Shown here in pieces: positions 20,663 through 30,596 of a stretch of DNA of 64,000 nucleotides (position 1 is the stretch's first letter; each line of letters opens with the position of its first letter). The translations under genes and the position numbers were made by a program. The DNA is from an uncultured delta proteobacterium (lineage in GTDB: Bacteria; Desulfobacterota; Desulfomonilia; UBA1062). The stretch spans positions 448,001 through 512,000 of the forward strand of contig CAWCTR010000007.1 in assembly GCA_963798485.1 (NCBI GenBank), in the 5' to 3' direction. The notes beneath the pieces are model-generated. The model searched no databases, was not told the origin of the DNA, and worked only from the letters and a program-made list of their open reading frames with translations.

Positions 20663-22105
20663 TTACTCTTGATAATTTGTTTTGGATCTGACTAAACGTC
20701 CCCCCCGATAAAACACGGCAACGATGTTTTCCGTGTCCTTGATGTTTTTTGTGGGATCTCCTTGAACGAGCAGGAGGTCAGCGGCCTTGCCTTTTTCAAT
20801 GGTTCCGAAGTTCACATTCCGGTGGAAGACTTGCTTCAGTGTCATAGCCGGTATGGAGGTTGCCGATAACAAGGCCTCGGTGGGTGTCAAACTCCCTTCT
20901 ACGAGATGTTGAAGCTCCACATGCAACGAGCCCCCGGTTGCAATTCCGAGGTTGGGTGCATCGGTCCCTGCAATGATCGTAACCCCTGCTTCTTTCAGAA
21001 TCTTGACATTCGGATGCAGCACTCGGTCATATGAATTTTTAAAATGTTTATAATAGTTGCCCCACGGGTCTCCTTGAGGGACAATGTATGGTTTGGGGTT
21101 CTGTAACGCCTTTACGCAGGATGGATACATGGTTTCCCATTCGAGTTTCGTATAGTGGGTGTAATTTTTATTGTTCACGAAGTCATTCAGGTTGTGGAAC
21201 ACATACACGGTAGGCGTAACAAACATCTTCCTTTTTGCAAGTTCTTTGGCAAGCTGAGGGTCAAGCGGCTCCTTGTAGACATCGTGCGCAATCCCGTCTG
21301 CGCCGCTTTCGATAGCAACCTTCACGTCCTCATTCCTGCCGATGTGGATGACCACCGGGATACCCTGCTCATGGGAGCGCTTCACGATTTCCTTGACGAT
21401 CTCGGGCCTCATCTTAGGCGTTCCATCGGGCAGGTCATCGAGAAAGATCTTAGTGAAATCAGGATTGGAATCGAGGTGCTTTTCGAGCCTTTCCATATCC
21501 GTAACGCCCTGTACCTGAATAACAACCTCTGGGAAAAAGGGGCGGACGAACCAGGGATACATCGACTTGAGCTTCTCCATCATGGGAATAGGGTGGGCGC
21601 CTTTGCCGGTAAACCCCATACCGCATTGGAACAGGTGCGGCCCTATGAGCTTACCTGTCTCGATGTCCTCGGCCAGCGCCTTCATCTCAAGCGTTGATTT
21701 CCCGCTCATGTCCACAATGGCGGTGACCCCGCTGTACAGGCACGCCTCCATATTAAAGCGCATGGTCGGCGTAATATCGCTCCATGGTACGATCATGCCG
21801 CTGGTGATGTGGGTATGAAAGTCGATGAGGCCCGGGAGAAGCATCTTCCCTTTTCCGTCAATAACCTCTGCCCCGGGGACATTCAACCTCTCCTTGGAAA
21901 TCATGGCAATAGTCTCACCGAGAATATACACATCCATATCCTCAAGCACCGGGCTACCCGCTACGGCGGTGAAGACATTTACATCCCTGATCAGATATCC
22001 ATTTTTAGCCGGGGCTGTCTGCTGAATCAGCGAATAATGGGTGCAGGCACTCATGCAATGGACAAGGGCGGCAATGATCAGCAGAAATCGGAACCTGTTT
22101 TTCAT
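20663..22105 (-). CDS. Amidohydrolase family protein, probably exported/lipoprotein
   Basis: PGLIDFHTH, AGTDA, GTIEKGKAADLLL; signal-like N-terminus. Confidence 0.88.
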   Translation of the reverse strand: MKNRFRFLLIIAALVHCMSACTHYSLIQQTAPAKNGYLIRDVNVFTAVAGSPVLEDMDVYILGETIAMISKERLNVPGAEVIDGKGKMLLPGLIDFHTHITSGMIVPWSDITPTMRFNMEACLYSGVTAIVDMSGKSTLEMKALAEDIETGKLIGPHLFQCGMGFTGKGAHPIPMMEKLKSMYPWFVRPFFPEVVIQVQGVTDMERLEKHLDSNPDFTKIFLDDLPDGTPKMRPEIVKEIVKRSHEQGIPVVIHIGRNEDVKVAIESGADGIAHDVYKEPLDPQLAKELAKRKMFVTPTVYVFHNLNDFVNNKNYTHYTKLEWETMYPSCVKALQNPKPYIVPQGDPWGNYYKHFKNSYDRVLHPNVKILKEAGVTIIAGTDAPNLGIATGGSLHVELQHLVEGSLTPTEALLSATSIPAMTLKQVFHRNVNFGTIEKGKAADLLLVQGDPTKNIKDTENIVAVFYRGGRLVRSKTNYQE

Positions 22106-22124
22106 CTGAAGCCTCCTCTTTTCC

Positions 22125-22424
22125 CTACCCTGGAATCTTGATACGTCCTGAGTCCCTCTCAAAGATCAGTTGCTGCGCATCTACTATCCTATCCTTTCCC
22201 TTTTTTGAAAGCAGCTTGAAATGGTACTCAACCTTCAGGGCCAGGGACCGGTCTCCGAGCGCTTGTGAGAAGGCTAAGCTCAGAGGCTTGTGTGCAAGCA
22301 AATATTTCGCGGTTTTTCTCCCCTGGGCAAGATGCTCCCTGAATCGTCTGGCGACATCGGTTGATATGCCTGCGTACAGGGAGTTATCAACGGTTCTTAC
22401 AATGTATAGATACCAGCAGGCCAT
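22125..22424 (-). CDS. GIY-YIG nuclease family (UPF0213-like)
   Basis: WYLYIVR...LYAGISTDVARRFREH...ALKVE. Confidence 0.88.
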   Translation of the reverse strand: MACWYLYIVRTVDNSLYAGISTDVARRFREHLAQGRKTAKYLLAHKPLSLAFSQALGDRSLALKVEYHFKLLSKKGKDRIVDAQQLIFERDSGRIKIPG

Positions 22425-22789
22425 CGTTAAGGACACTCAAACCTCATAGGGGCAGCTTGCAATATGACCGTGTTCGAGCATGTAGCAAGCATCCAGAGAC
22501 ATTATATCCGGCATCACGATAACCATGGCCCCCTATATCTGATTATTAACAAATTATCACATGGCTTGCATATAAAAACCCATAATAAGAGTTAAGACAC
22601 ACCAAAGACAACCGGGCTTCAAAGAAAGTCTCCAGGTTTCAACTCATTATTTCTTATGATGCATTCCATGAAATGGGCATCAGATCCGTTTGCCATTTGC
22701 CTTAACCTTGGTGCCGGTACTTGAAATGTGGATGGTATGGCCTTACTGAACCTTACGGTCATAAGACCGTATAAACCTCCTCAAATTTA

Positions 22790-22820
22790 GGGGAAGCTGC
22801 AATGGCTTCCCCATTTTTTT
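22790..22820 (+). terminator. Intrinsic terminator with no annotated upstream plus-strand gene
   Basis: GGGGAAGC/GCTTCCCC stem followed by A-T7. Confidence 0.8.
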
Positions 22821-23001
22821 GAAACAGCGGTGAATACTCGTTCTAAATTGAATATACGTTGAACGAGGTAAATATGAATAATAAACATATCAGATCAAAC
22901 TTTTTTTAAAGGATGAAGACCTTCTCGATGAGGTTACAACCACTGCGATCAAACGGGTAATTTTACTTCCTCATTTAAGCGATTTTTTGTTGCGGAACCG
23001 T

Positions 23002-23025
23002 TTCGCGGCTGAAGCCGCTCCTACA
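23002..23025 (-). repeat. GTAG-type REP-like palindrome (single copy here)
   Basis: TGTAGGAGCGGCTTCAGCCGCGAA on minus strand, just 3' of the response regulator. Confidence 0.65.
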
Positions 23026-23046
23026 GTTCCTTTACTCTCCATTTTT

Positions 23047-23730
23047 TCATTCCTGTGACGGGCGCTCCTTCTCAACCCAGTTAAGAGCATGCCTCAGGAG
23101 CTCGGTGGCGTTCTTCAGGTTCAGCTTTTCCTTGATCCTCTCCCGGTAGGTGCCGATGGTCTTCACGCTCAGATGGAGCCTGCGACCGATCTCGCTGATG
23201 CTCAGGCCTTCACCGATGAGCTGGAAGACCTCGATCTCCCGGTCGGTCAGGGCCTGGAGCGGGGACGCTGAAGGTTCTTTCGGTCCTTCGATGAACCGGG
23301 TGAGGATATTCTCGGTGACTTTGCTGCTTGCATACAACCCCCCCTTGAGTACCTGGCGGATTGCCTGGACGACCGATTCGGAGGCCTCCTGCTTCATGAT
23401 GTATCCCCTGGCGCCGGCCCTGAAGGCGCGTTCCGCATAGAGCGATTCATCATGCATGGAGATGACCAACATGGGGATGCCCTTGTCGGTCTTGTGGATC
23501 TCCTTTATGAGGTCGATGCCGCTCATGTCCTTCAGGGTGATATCCACGACGATCATATCCGGCTTCAGCGTAGCGGCGGCCTTGATGGCGCCGTGGTAGT
23601 CCTCTGCCTCGCCGCACACCTCAAGGTCATCCTCCTGGCTGAGGAGCTGCATAAGGCCATGGCGGAATATGGGGTGGTCATCCACGATGAGTATCCGGTG
23701 TTTGTCCCTGCGGGCTCTATCCTGGGGCAT
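23047..23730 (-). CDS. NarL/LuxR family response regulator
   Basis: ILIVDDHP, VVDITL, LTDREIEV, LSVKTIGTYR; ATG at 23730 after AAAGGA. Confidence 0.95.
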   Translation of the reverse strand: MPQDRARRDKHRILIVDDHPIFRHGLMQLLSQEDDLEVCGEAEDYHGAIKAAATLKPDMIVVDITLKDMSGIDLIKEIHKTDKGIPMLVISMHDESLYAERAFRAGARGYIMKQEASESVVQAIRQVLKGGLYASSKVTENILTRFIEGPKEPSASPLQALTDREIEVFQLIGEGLSISEIGRRLHLSVKTIGTYRERIKEKLNLKNATELLRHALNWVEKERPSQE

Positions 23731-23735
23731 GTGTC

Positions 23736-25211
23736 CTATCCTTTCTGGGGGGTGAAGGTGCAGGTCACCAGCGTACCTCCGCTCTGGTCCGACTCGATCT
23801 TCAAGGAGGCTCCTATCATCCTGGTGCGATAATTCATAATCCTTAAGCCAATACCCGAGGCCGTGGAAACATCCTTGATACCTACACCGTTGTCGAGGAT
23901 GGACAGCGAGACCACCCCGCTGTTGTTCAGCAGGTCGATGGAGATCTTTGTGGCCTTGCCGTGCTCTATGGCGTTGTGGATGGACTCCTTTGCGATATAG
24001 TAGAGGTGGGTGGACAAGGTGTTGTCCTTGATAGGAATATGCCTGGGACAATTGAAGATGCAGGAGATGCTGAAGATATTCGAAGTGGATGTCGCGAGTT
24101 CCTCCAGGGATGATTCGAGCCCGTGGCTGGTGAGGTGCACCGGGCACAGCCCCCGTGCGAGCCTCCTGGTCTTCACGATGGCCTCTTTCACGAGGTCTCT
24201 GATCTCGCCTGCATAGCGTGCATCTTCCGGGGAGTGCATGGCCAGTTTGTTTTTGAGCACCTTGGTCATGACATCGATGCCGATGAGGTGCTGTCCGAGG
24301 TCGTCGTGGAGCTCGTAACCGATCTTCTGGCGCTCGCGCTCGGAGGTGTCCAGGACCTCCTTTTCGAGCTGTTTCATGGCAGTGATGTCGGTAATCACGG
24401 CAAAACCGCCAATGAAACGGCCCTGTGAGTCGTGCATGGCCCGCGGCGAGACGATGGTGTACACTAGCGTGCCGTCGCGGCCCCTCCAGGTGACCTCGTA
24501 AGATTCCGGGGCGTCTTTTCTCCGCATGTTGTGCGTCCACAGCTCCAGGTCCCGTTCGCCGATGAATTCCCGGGTGGGCCTGCCGATGATCTCTTCACGA
24601 CCTTGCTGGAGGATCTTGCATATCTTGTCGTTCACATAGGTGAGGACCCCCCTCCTGTTCTGAATGCCCAGGCCCTCATTCATGGTCTCCACGAGCTGGC
24701 GGAAGAGCTCTTCGCTGTCCCGTAGTGCATTTTCCGCCTTTATGCGTTCGGTGATGTCCACCATGGAGGCGATGCTCTGCGTGGTGCCCGGGATCATGGC
24801 GATGGTCATGAAGATGTTCAGGGTCCCGCCATCCTTGTTCCTGATCTTGAATTCGTAGTTTCTTGGTGCAGCGGCAGAATCCTGCCGCCTCATCTTATGG
24901 TATTCCAGCAGGCGGTTTATATCGTCTTGGGCCACATACTTGGTCCAGGTCTGGCCTACGATCTCGTCGCGGGAGTAACCGGTGAAATTGGCGAAGTCGG
25001 AGTTTATCATGGATACAGTGGTGTCTTCCTCAATGACTATTGTTGCCGTACCGGAATTTTCAAACAAGGTCCGGTAGAAGTTCTCCGAGTGGGTGAGCTC
25101 TTCATCAATCTGCAGGTATCTGTGCGCCTGGGCCTTGAGTTCCTCGTTTTCTTTTTTCAAGGAATCGAGTTCGGTGATGAGGCGCTGTTTTGTCTTTTTG
25201 TCGTCCTTCAC
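23736..25211 (-). CDS. PAS-PAS sensor histidine kinase (HisKA_3 type)
   Basis: Two PAS domains; ERQKIGYELHDDLGQ, NAIEHG, DNGVG. Confidence 0.93.
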   Translation of the reverse strand: MKDDKKTKQRLITELDSLKKENEELKAQAHRYLQIDEELTHSENFYRTLFENSGTATIVIEEDTTVSMINSDFANFTGYSRDEIVGQTWTKYVAQDDINRLLEYHKMRRQDSAAAPRNYEFKIRNKDGGTLNIFMTIAMIPGTTQSIASMVDITERIKAENALRDSEELFRQLVETMNEGLGIQNRRGVLTYVNDKICKILQQGREEIIGRPTREFIGERDLELWTHNMRRKDAPESYEVTWRGRDGTLVYTIVSPRAMHDSQGRFIGGFAVITDITAMKQLEKEVLDTSERERQKIGYELHDDLGQHLIGIDVMTKVLKNKLAMHSPEDARYAGEIRDLVKEAIVKTRRLARGLCPVHLTSHGLESSLEELATSTSNIFSISCIFNCPRHIPIKDNTLSTHLYYIAKESIHNAIEHGKATKISIDLLNNSGVVSLSILDNGVGIKDVSTASGIGLRIMNYRTRMIGASLKIESDQSGGTLVTCTFTPQKG

Positions 25212-25252
25212 GTGGGCGTGCTCCGTTATGCCCTGGTGGTGTGAAACCGTTC

Positions 25253-26032
25253 CTATGAGGTAAGCCGCACCGGGAGGCCGCTTTCTTTCAGGAATTCCTT
25301 GATTTCTCGGATAGTGTACTCCCTGTAATGCACCATGGAGGCGATGAGGGCCGCATCCGCTTGTGCTTCAATAAACACGTCCCGAATATGCTCGGGTTTT
25401 CCTGCCCCGCCCGAGGCAATGACCGGGATGGTCACATTCCTGGATATGAGTGAGGTGAGGGTGAGCTCGTAGCCGGCAGTGGTCCCGTCGGCATCAATGG
25501 AGTTCAGGCATATCTCCCCTGCACCAAGGTCCTGGGCCTGCCTGGCCCACTGTAACGCATCCATGCCCATAGGGGTCCTGCCGCCGTTGATCACCACCTC
25601 ATACCCGCATGGGATCTTGTCGGTTCTATCAACCTTTTTTGCATCCATGCCCAGAACGATACACTGGTTACCGAAATGCCGGGCCCCTTCAGAGATGATC
25701 TGCGGGGTGAGCACTGCGGCACTGTTTACGCTGATCTTTTCGGCCCCGGCATCCAAAACCCTATACATATCATCCAGTGTGCGGATGCCCCCGCCTACGG
25801 AGAAAGGGATGAAGATGTTCTCGGCAACGCCGTGCACCACGTCGATCATGATATCCCTGCGGTCCGACGATGCCGTGATATCGTAGAAGACAAGCTCATC
25901 CACGCCCTGTTCGTAGTACTCGCGCGCCATCTCCACCGGGTCGCCGATGTCGATGTTGCCCTTGAACTTGATGCCTTTGGTGGTCTTGCCGTCCCTCACG
26001 TCGAGGCAGATGATGATCCGTTTGCTGAGCAT
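25253..26032 (-). CDS. hisF: Imidazole glycerol phosphate synthase cyclase subunit
   Basis: [31 protein letters not shown]. Confidence 0.97.
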   Translation of the reverse strand: MLSKRIIICLDVRDGKTTKGIKFKGNIDIGDPVEMAREYYEQGVDELVFYDITASSDRRDIMIDVVHGVAENIFIPFSVGGGIRTLDDMYRVLDAGAEKISVNSAAVLTPQIISEGARHFGNQCIVLGMDAKKVDRTDKIPCGYEVVINGGRTPMGMDALQWARQAQDLGAGEICLNSIDADGTTAGYELTLTSLISRNVTIPVIASGGAGKPEHIRDVFIEAQADAALIASMVHYREYTIREIKEFLKESGLPVRLTS

Positions 26033-26083
26033 AGTAGTGACTCATAAGGCAAACATGAAGAAAATTCCAGTTTTTTATAAATA

Positions 26084-26121
26084 TGCAGCCGGGGGAAACA
26101 AGAAGACTCCCCCCGGCTGCA
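26084..26121 (-). terminator. Hairpin downstream of acyl-CoA dehydrogenase
   Basis: TGCAGCCGGGGG / CCCCCGGCTGCA inverted repeat. Confidence 0.6.
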
Positions 26122-26139
26122 CCGGGCATGGGTTCATTT

Positions 26140-28005
26140 TTATGAGGCGAAGCTCTCTTCTGCGATCTCCATCATGGAGAGGTCTTCGCTCTTGATGGCC
26201 TTTACGGTTCCGTCTATCTCCGGCAGGACATTCTTGATGAAGTACCTGGCGGACTTGATCTTGCCGTCATAGAAGGCAGCGTCCTTGTTCTCCTTCACAA
26301 AGGGTGCAAGGGCCAGTGGGTCGGCGGCGTTCACCCCCTTGGCGTTGCACAGGCCCGTGAACCTTTCCTGGGCTATCTGGGCCTCCCAGAGCAGGAGCCA
26401 GGCGCAGACGATCTTGCCCATCATCATGAGGAACGGGTAGGCATTGCCCACGGGGATGAGGAACTTGCCCGCCTTGCCGCAGGAGGCAAAGAACATGGCG
26501 ATCTCAGCCAGGGAGTTGATGCCGGCCTGGACGTCTTCAGCAAGGACTTTCAAGGTTTCTATGGTGCGGCACTTCGCTACGGTCGCCCCCATTTCGCCTA
26601 AAAGGGTCATGAAGTAAGCGCCCTTCTTCATGCCCATCTTCCTGCCCACCAGGTCAAGGGCCTGGATGCCGTTGGTGCCTTCATAAATGGATGCGATCTT
26701 CTCGTCGCGCATAAACTGCTCGATGGGATATTCGCTGCAGAAGCCATAACCGCCGTAGCATTGCATGGCGGTCTCGGTCACCTTAAAGCCGATGTCCGTG
26801 CAGTAGGCCTTTATGATGGGGGTAAGTATCTCCACGATACCCAACCACTTTTCGGCCTCCACCGGGTCTTTGATGCCGGTGGCCTTGTCGCCGCATGCAG
26901 TGGCATAGTACATGAGGGCCCTCATGCCCTCCACGTTGGACTTCATCCACAACAGCATGCGCCTCACATCCGGGTGAGAGATGATGGGTACGCGCGGGGC
27001 ATCGGGGTTTTTGAACTCCAAAAGGGATGATCCCTGGAGCCGTTCCTTTGTATATTGCAGCGCGTGGAGGTAGGCAATAGATGCGCTCGTGAGGCCCTGC
27101 AGCCCCGTAGCTATCCTCGCCTCGTTCATCATCTGGAACATGATCTTCATGCCCTCTCGCTCCCCGCCTAAGAGCTCTGCGTAGCAGTTGTTGCCGTCGC
27201 CGAAATTGATGACGCAGGTGGAGCTGCCGTGGATGCCCATCTTTTCCTCGATCTTGGCGATCTCAAAGTCGTTGCGCCTTCCCAGCGAGCCGTCGGCATT
27301 GACAAGGAACTTGGGCACGATGAAGATGGAGATGCCCTTGGTGCCTGGAGAGTCACCCTCGATCCTGGCAAGCACGGGGTGAATGATATTTTCGGTAAGG
27401 TCCTGGTCTCCGCCGGTAATGAACATCTTGGTTCCCTGGATCTTGAAGGTGCCGTCAGGCTGCCTGATCGCCTTGGTGCTCAAGTTGCCCACGTCGGTGC
27501 CTGCCCCCGGTTCGGTGAGGCACATGCTGCCGCCCCATTGGCCCATGATCATCTTGGGTATGTATTTCTTCTTCTGCTCTTCATTGGCATAGTTTTCAAT
27601 GAGGTGCGCGGCGCCTTCGCCGAGACCGGGGTAGGAGGAAAAGGCGAAGTTGTGCACGAACCAGTCGTGGGCCGCGATCCTCATGATGAAGGGGAGCCCC
27701 TGGCCGCCGTGCTCGGCAGGCAGGGACATGGCGTTCCATCCGGCCTCGCAGAAGAGCTTGTAGGGACGGTGGAAGCACTTAGGCACATGGACCTGGCCGC
27801 CCTCCAGCTTGCATCCCTCCTTGTCCGATTCAGCCAGGGTCGGGAAGATCATATCCACGGCGAACTTCTGTGCCTCGGTCAGGATCATCTCGAACATGTC
27901 CTTGGAGAAGTCTTTATATCTTTCGAGTTCGCAGAGCTTGTCAATCTCCAGCATTTCAAACAAAACAAAGTTCTGGTCATGCTCATCCAAAATCAGGTTA
28001 GCCAT
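26140..28005 (-). CDS. Acyl-CoA dehydrogenase (long, ~620 aa type)
   Basis: CLTEPGAGTD, GTKMFITGG, KMGIHGS, YGGYG, IYEGTNGIQ. Confidence 0.95.
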   Translation of the reverse strand: MANLILDEHDQNFVLFEMLEIDKLCELERYKDFSKDMFEMILTEAQKFAVDMIFPTLAESDKEGCKLEGGQVHVPKCFHRPYKLFCEAGWNAMSLPAEHGGQGLPFIMRIAAHDWFVHNFAFSSYPGLGEGAAHLIENYANEEQKKKYIPKMIMGQWGGSMCLTEPGAGTDVGNLSTKAIRQPDGTFKIQGTKMFITGGDQDLTENIIHPVLARIEGDSPGTKGISIFIVPKFLVNADGSLGRRNDFEIAKIEEKMGIHGSSTCVINFGDGNNCYAELLGGEREGMKIMFQMMNEARIATGLQGLTSASIAYLHALQYTKERLQGSSLLEFKNPDAPRVPIISHPDVRRMLLWMKSNVEGMRALMYYATACGDKATGIKDPVEAEKWLGIVEILTPIIKAYCTDIGFKVTETAMQCYGGYGFCSEYPIEQFMRDEKIASIYEGTNGIQALDLVGRKMGMKKGAYFMTLLGEMGATVAKCRTIETLKVLAEDVQAGINSLAEIAMFFASCGKAGKFLIPVGNAYPFLMMMGKIVCAWLLLWEAQIAQERFTGLCNAKGVNAADPLALAPFVKENKDAAFYDGKIKSARYFIKNVLPEIDGTVKAIKSEDLSMMEIAEESFAS

Positions 28006-28043
28006 AAAATCCTCCTCATATGAGTAAGTATATAGTTTATTTC

Positions 28044-29078
28044 TTACGTAGCATCAGGGCTGCTTGATGTGTTCCCGGACTTCCCCGGCGGCGACAACCG
28101 CTTGATATGGGCCAGTGCCTTGCGGTTGAGGAGGACCTCCTTTCTTAAAAAATGGATCTGGGAAGCAAGGAAGCCGAAGGAAAGGATTTGGATGCCGCCT
28201 AATATGAAGAGGATCATGAGGGTGATGAGCGGGCGGTTGGGGTTGAGGATAAGATTGTAGTAGAGGTACAGGATGTATCCGCCAAGCCCCAGGCCGATGA
28301 GGAAGAGCACAACCCCCACAAAGCCGAAGAGCAGTGCCGGCCGCTCGAAGATGGTGAATAAAAGGTGCGAAATCGCAGTAGCCCTGAATGTGAATTTTGA
28401 TTTTCCCTTCTTTCGAGAAGTGAGAACGGCAGGGATTTCCCTGACATGGTATCCCATGGCAAGTATCTTGGAGAGGATCTCCAGGTGTATTTCCTTGCCG
28501 TCGGATTCCAGGTCGAGGCTGCTGATGACCTCGTTGCGATAGCACCTCACGATGCAGGTCAGCGTATGGATCTTTTCAGGAAGGGCGAGCTGGAGCACCT
28601 TGTTGCCCATCCTGGACACGAAGAGCCTGTCCCTGGCGACCCCCTCGGTTCCGCCGCCTTTCATATAAGGGCTCACGAGCACAACATCGATGTCGCTCTC
28701 CTCGTCTAGAGTTTGCTCCATTTGAAGAATGTAGGCAGGGTCATAGGACAGGTCGGCATCGATTGTGGCGATATACCTGCCGCTTGCCGCCTTGAATCCA
28801 TACCTCAGCGCCTTTCCCCTGCCGCCGTTCTTCCAGTATGAAACGACACGAATGTGCGGATCGGCCGAAGCGATCTTGTCCAGGACAGCCAGTGTGTGAT
28901 CGGTGCTGCCGTCGTTGACCGGGATGATCTCATAGGGGTCGCCTGACTCTTCGAGGAGTCTTTTTACCCGTGCGATTGTCTCGGTGACGTTCTCTTCTTC
29001 ATTGAACATAGGGATGATCACGCTGATCTTGACCGGGTAATCCTCGTGCTCGATGCCCTTTTCGGCGACCTTGTGCAT
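28044..29078 (-). CDS. GT2 polyprenol-phosphate glycosyltransferase (ArnC/DPM1-like); start uncertain (29078 or 29102)
   Basis: IPMFNEE, VNDGSTD, IDADL; two C-terminal TM helices. Confidence 0.88.
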   Translation of the reverse strand: MHKVAEKGIEHEDYPVKISVIIPMFNEEENVTETIARVKRLLEESGDPYEIIPVNDGSTDHTLAVLDKIASADPHIRVVSYWKNGGRGKALRYGFKAASGRYIATIDADLSYDPAYILQMEQTLDEESDIDVVLVSPYMKGGGTEGVARDRLFVSRMGNKVLQLALPEKIHTLTCIVRCYRNEVISSLDLESDGKEIHLEILSKILAMGYHVREIPAVLTSRKKGKSKFTFRATAISHLLFTIFERPALLFGFVGVVLFLIGLGLGGYILYLYYNLILNPNRPLITLMILFILGGIQILSFGFLASQIHFLRKEVLLNRKALAHIKRLSPPGKSGNTSSSPDAT

Positions 29079-29134
29079 GTCTTGATCATATCGAATATTC
29101 AAAATGTTGTATAGAAGTTCTTTTGTACAGACAT

Positions 29135-29222
29135 GGATCTCCCCCGATGGGAGATCCTAATCAAGGAGGAGGAATGAGGCAGGGAGAACTAAGATGTTCC
29201 TTTAAGCCTTTTGTGCAGGTGC
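29135..29222 (-). ncRNA. Candidate sigma54-dependent small RNA or structured leader
   Basis: Downstream of a -24/-12 promoter; contains CCUCCUCCUU followed by 9-bp hairpin GGATCTCCC/GGGAGATCC. Confidence 0.45.
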
Positions 29223-29231
29223 TTTATTATA

Positions 29232-29249
29232 TTGCAATGGAGATGCCAA
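29232..29249 (-). promoter_or_regulatory. sigma54 (-24/-12) promoter
   Basis: TTGGCATCTCCATTGCAA, GG-N10-GC, near consensus TGGCAC-N5-TTGCW. Confidence 0.75.
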
Positions 29250-29371
29250 GGACTGTATTCGATCAACCATTTGATTATACGAATGAAAAAAACATAATGC
29301 CCTAAGCATACTTTTCACTGTAGGAAAAGTTATTCCTATTTATATGCAACGGAGTTCTCAATTATTATGTA

Positions 29372-30205
29372 TTATGGATTGAGGCCCTTGAGAAAGATCG
29401 TAAGGAGTTCCTTGTCAAGGCCATAGTCCCCTAACGAGAATCCATTCCTGTAAAGACCATGAAAATCCGTGCCACCGGTGACCATCAGTCCCAGCCTTGA
29501 TGCAAGGCTTGCATAGCGTTCTGTCTGCTCAGGGGTGTGATCCGGGTAATAGACCTCCACCCCGGCAAGGCCTGCCTCTTTAAGGCCTTTGATAAATCCT
29601 TCCGCCTCTTTGGTGCTCAGGGAAAGGGTGTTGGGGTGGGCGAGCACAGGCAGTCCGCCATAACGTATGATAAGAGATATGGCCTTTTCCCAGGTCATCT
29701 TTTCCTTGGGCACATAGGCCTTTTTGCCTTTGGCGAGGTACTCATCGAATGCCTCATCAAAGGAGCGAACGTACCCTTTCTTGAGCATGGCCTTGGCAAT
29801 GTGGGGCCTGCCCACCTGCGCCTGGCCGGCCTCGGCCATGACATCTTTTTCGGTAAGCATGCAACCCAGCGCATTCAATCTTTCAATGACCTTTGGTATC
29901 CGTTCTTTGCGGGCCGTCTGCACCTCTTTCAGGGCGATCTCAAGACCATCTGGATAGGCAGGGAAATATCCCAGGAGGTGAAGCATGCCTGGGTCGTATT
30001 CAGCGCTGATCTCAACACCTGCGATTACCTTCAGGCCGTGTTTGTGTATGGAGTTCAATGCATAGGGTACCCCTGAGATGGTATCATGATCGGTCAGGGC
30101 TATGGCAGCAAGTCCTATGGAGGTTGCCTGTTTTACAAGCAGCTCAGGGCTCAGATCACCATCGGATGCATTCGAGTGGATATGGAGATCGGCACATATC
30201 TGCAA
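29372..30205 (-). CDS. PHP domain metal-dependent phosphoesterase
   Basis: DLHIHSNASDG, TDHDT, GRPHIA, AHP, GGTDFHG. Confidence 0.93.
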   Translation of the reverse strand: MQICADLHIHSNASDGDLSPELLVKQATSIGLAAIALTDHDTISGVPYALNSIHKHGLKVIAGVEISAEYDPGMLHLLGYFPAYPDGLEIALKEVQTARKERIPKVIERLNALGCMLTEKDVMAEAGQAQVGRPHIAKAMLKKGYVRSFDEAFDEYLAKGKKAYVPKEKMTWEKAISLIIRYGGLPVLAHPNTLSLSTKEAEGFIKGLKEAGLAGVEVYYPDHTPEQTERYASLASRLGLMVTGGTDFHGLYRNGFSLGDYGLDKELLTIFLKGLNP

Positions 30206-30216
30206 GGCTTATTCTT

Positions 30217-30582
30217 TCATATGGGGACAGTAGTCTCCAGGACTTGTGCAATCTTTTTTTTAAGCTCGGTAAGGTCCGAGGACTTAACGACATATGCATC
30301 TGCGGCTATGGACTTGATGTCCACCTTGTAACTTCCATAGGCGCTGCAGAGGATTACCGGGAGGTTATAGAACTTGTTCCGGATTTCCTGGAGGACATCC
30401 AGGCCGTTACTGGAGACCATCTTGATGTCGAGGATGATAACATCGGGTTCTTCTTTCTCAATGCGCTCCAGTATCCCTAAACCGTCGGAGGCTACTGCCA
30501 CTTCATAGCCATCCTCCTCCAGTTCTTCTGCATAGAGCATCCTGATGTGCTTCTCGTCATCGACAATCAATACCTTTGGCAT
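30217..30582 (-). CDS. Single-domain response regulator
   Basis: VLIVDDE, ILDIKM, CSAY, YVVKS. Confidence 0.92.
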   Translation of the reverse strand: MPKVLIVDDEKHIRMLYAEELEEDGYEVAVASDGLGILERIEKEEPDVIILDIKMVSSNGLDVLQEIRNKFYNLPVILCSAYGSYKVDIKSIAADAYVVKSSDLTELKKKIAQVLETTVPI

Positions 30583-30596
30583 CGAGAGCTCCTTTC

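Noticed and set aside
23731-24540. Long N-terminal extension of the response regulator ORF (497 aa)
   Set aside because: Alternate-frame overlap with the kinase; the real start is 23730
29174-29305. 43-aa plus-strand ORF after AAGGAGGAGG
   Set aside because: SD-ATG spacing is short, no recognisable motif, and it runs antisense across the sigma54 promoter
29321-29338. GGAA-N6-TTCC as an archaeal-type NrpR operator
   Set aside because: Not near a nitrogen gene and differs from the motif at the nrpR locus; kept only as a candidate enhancer site
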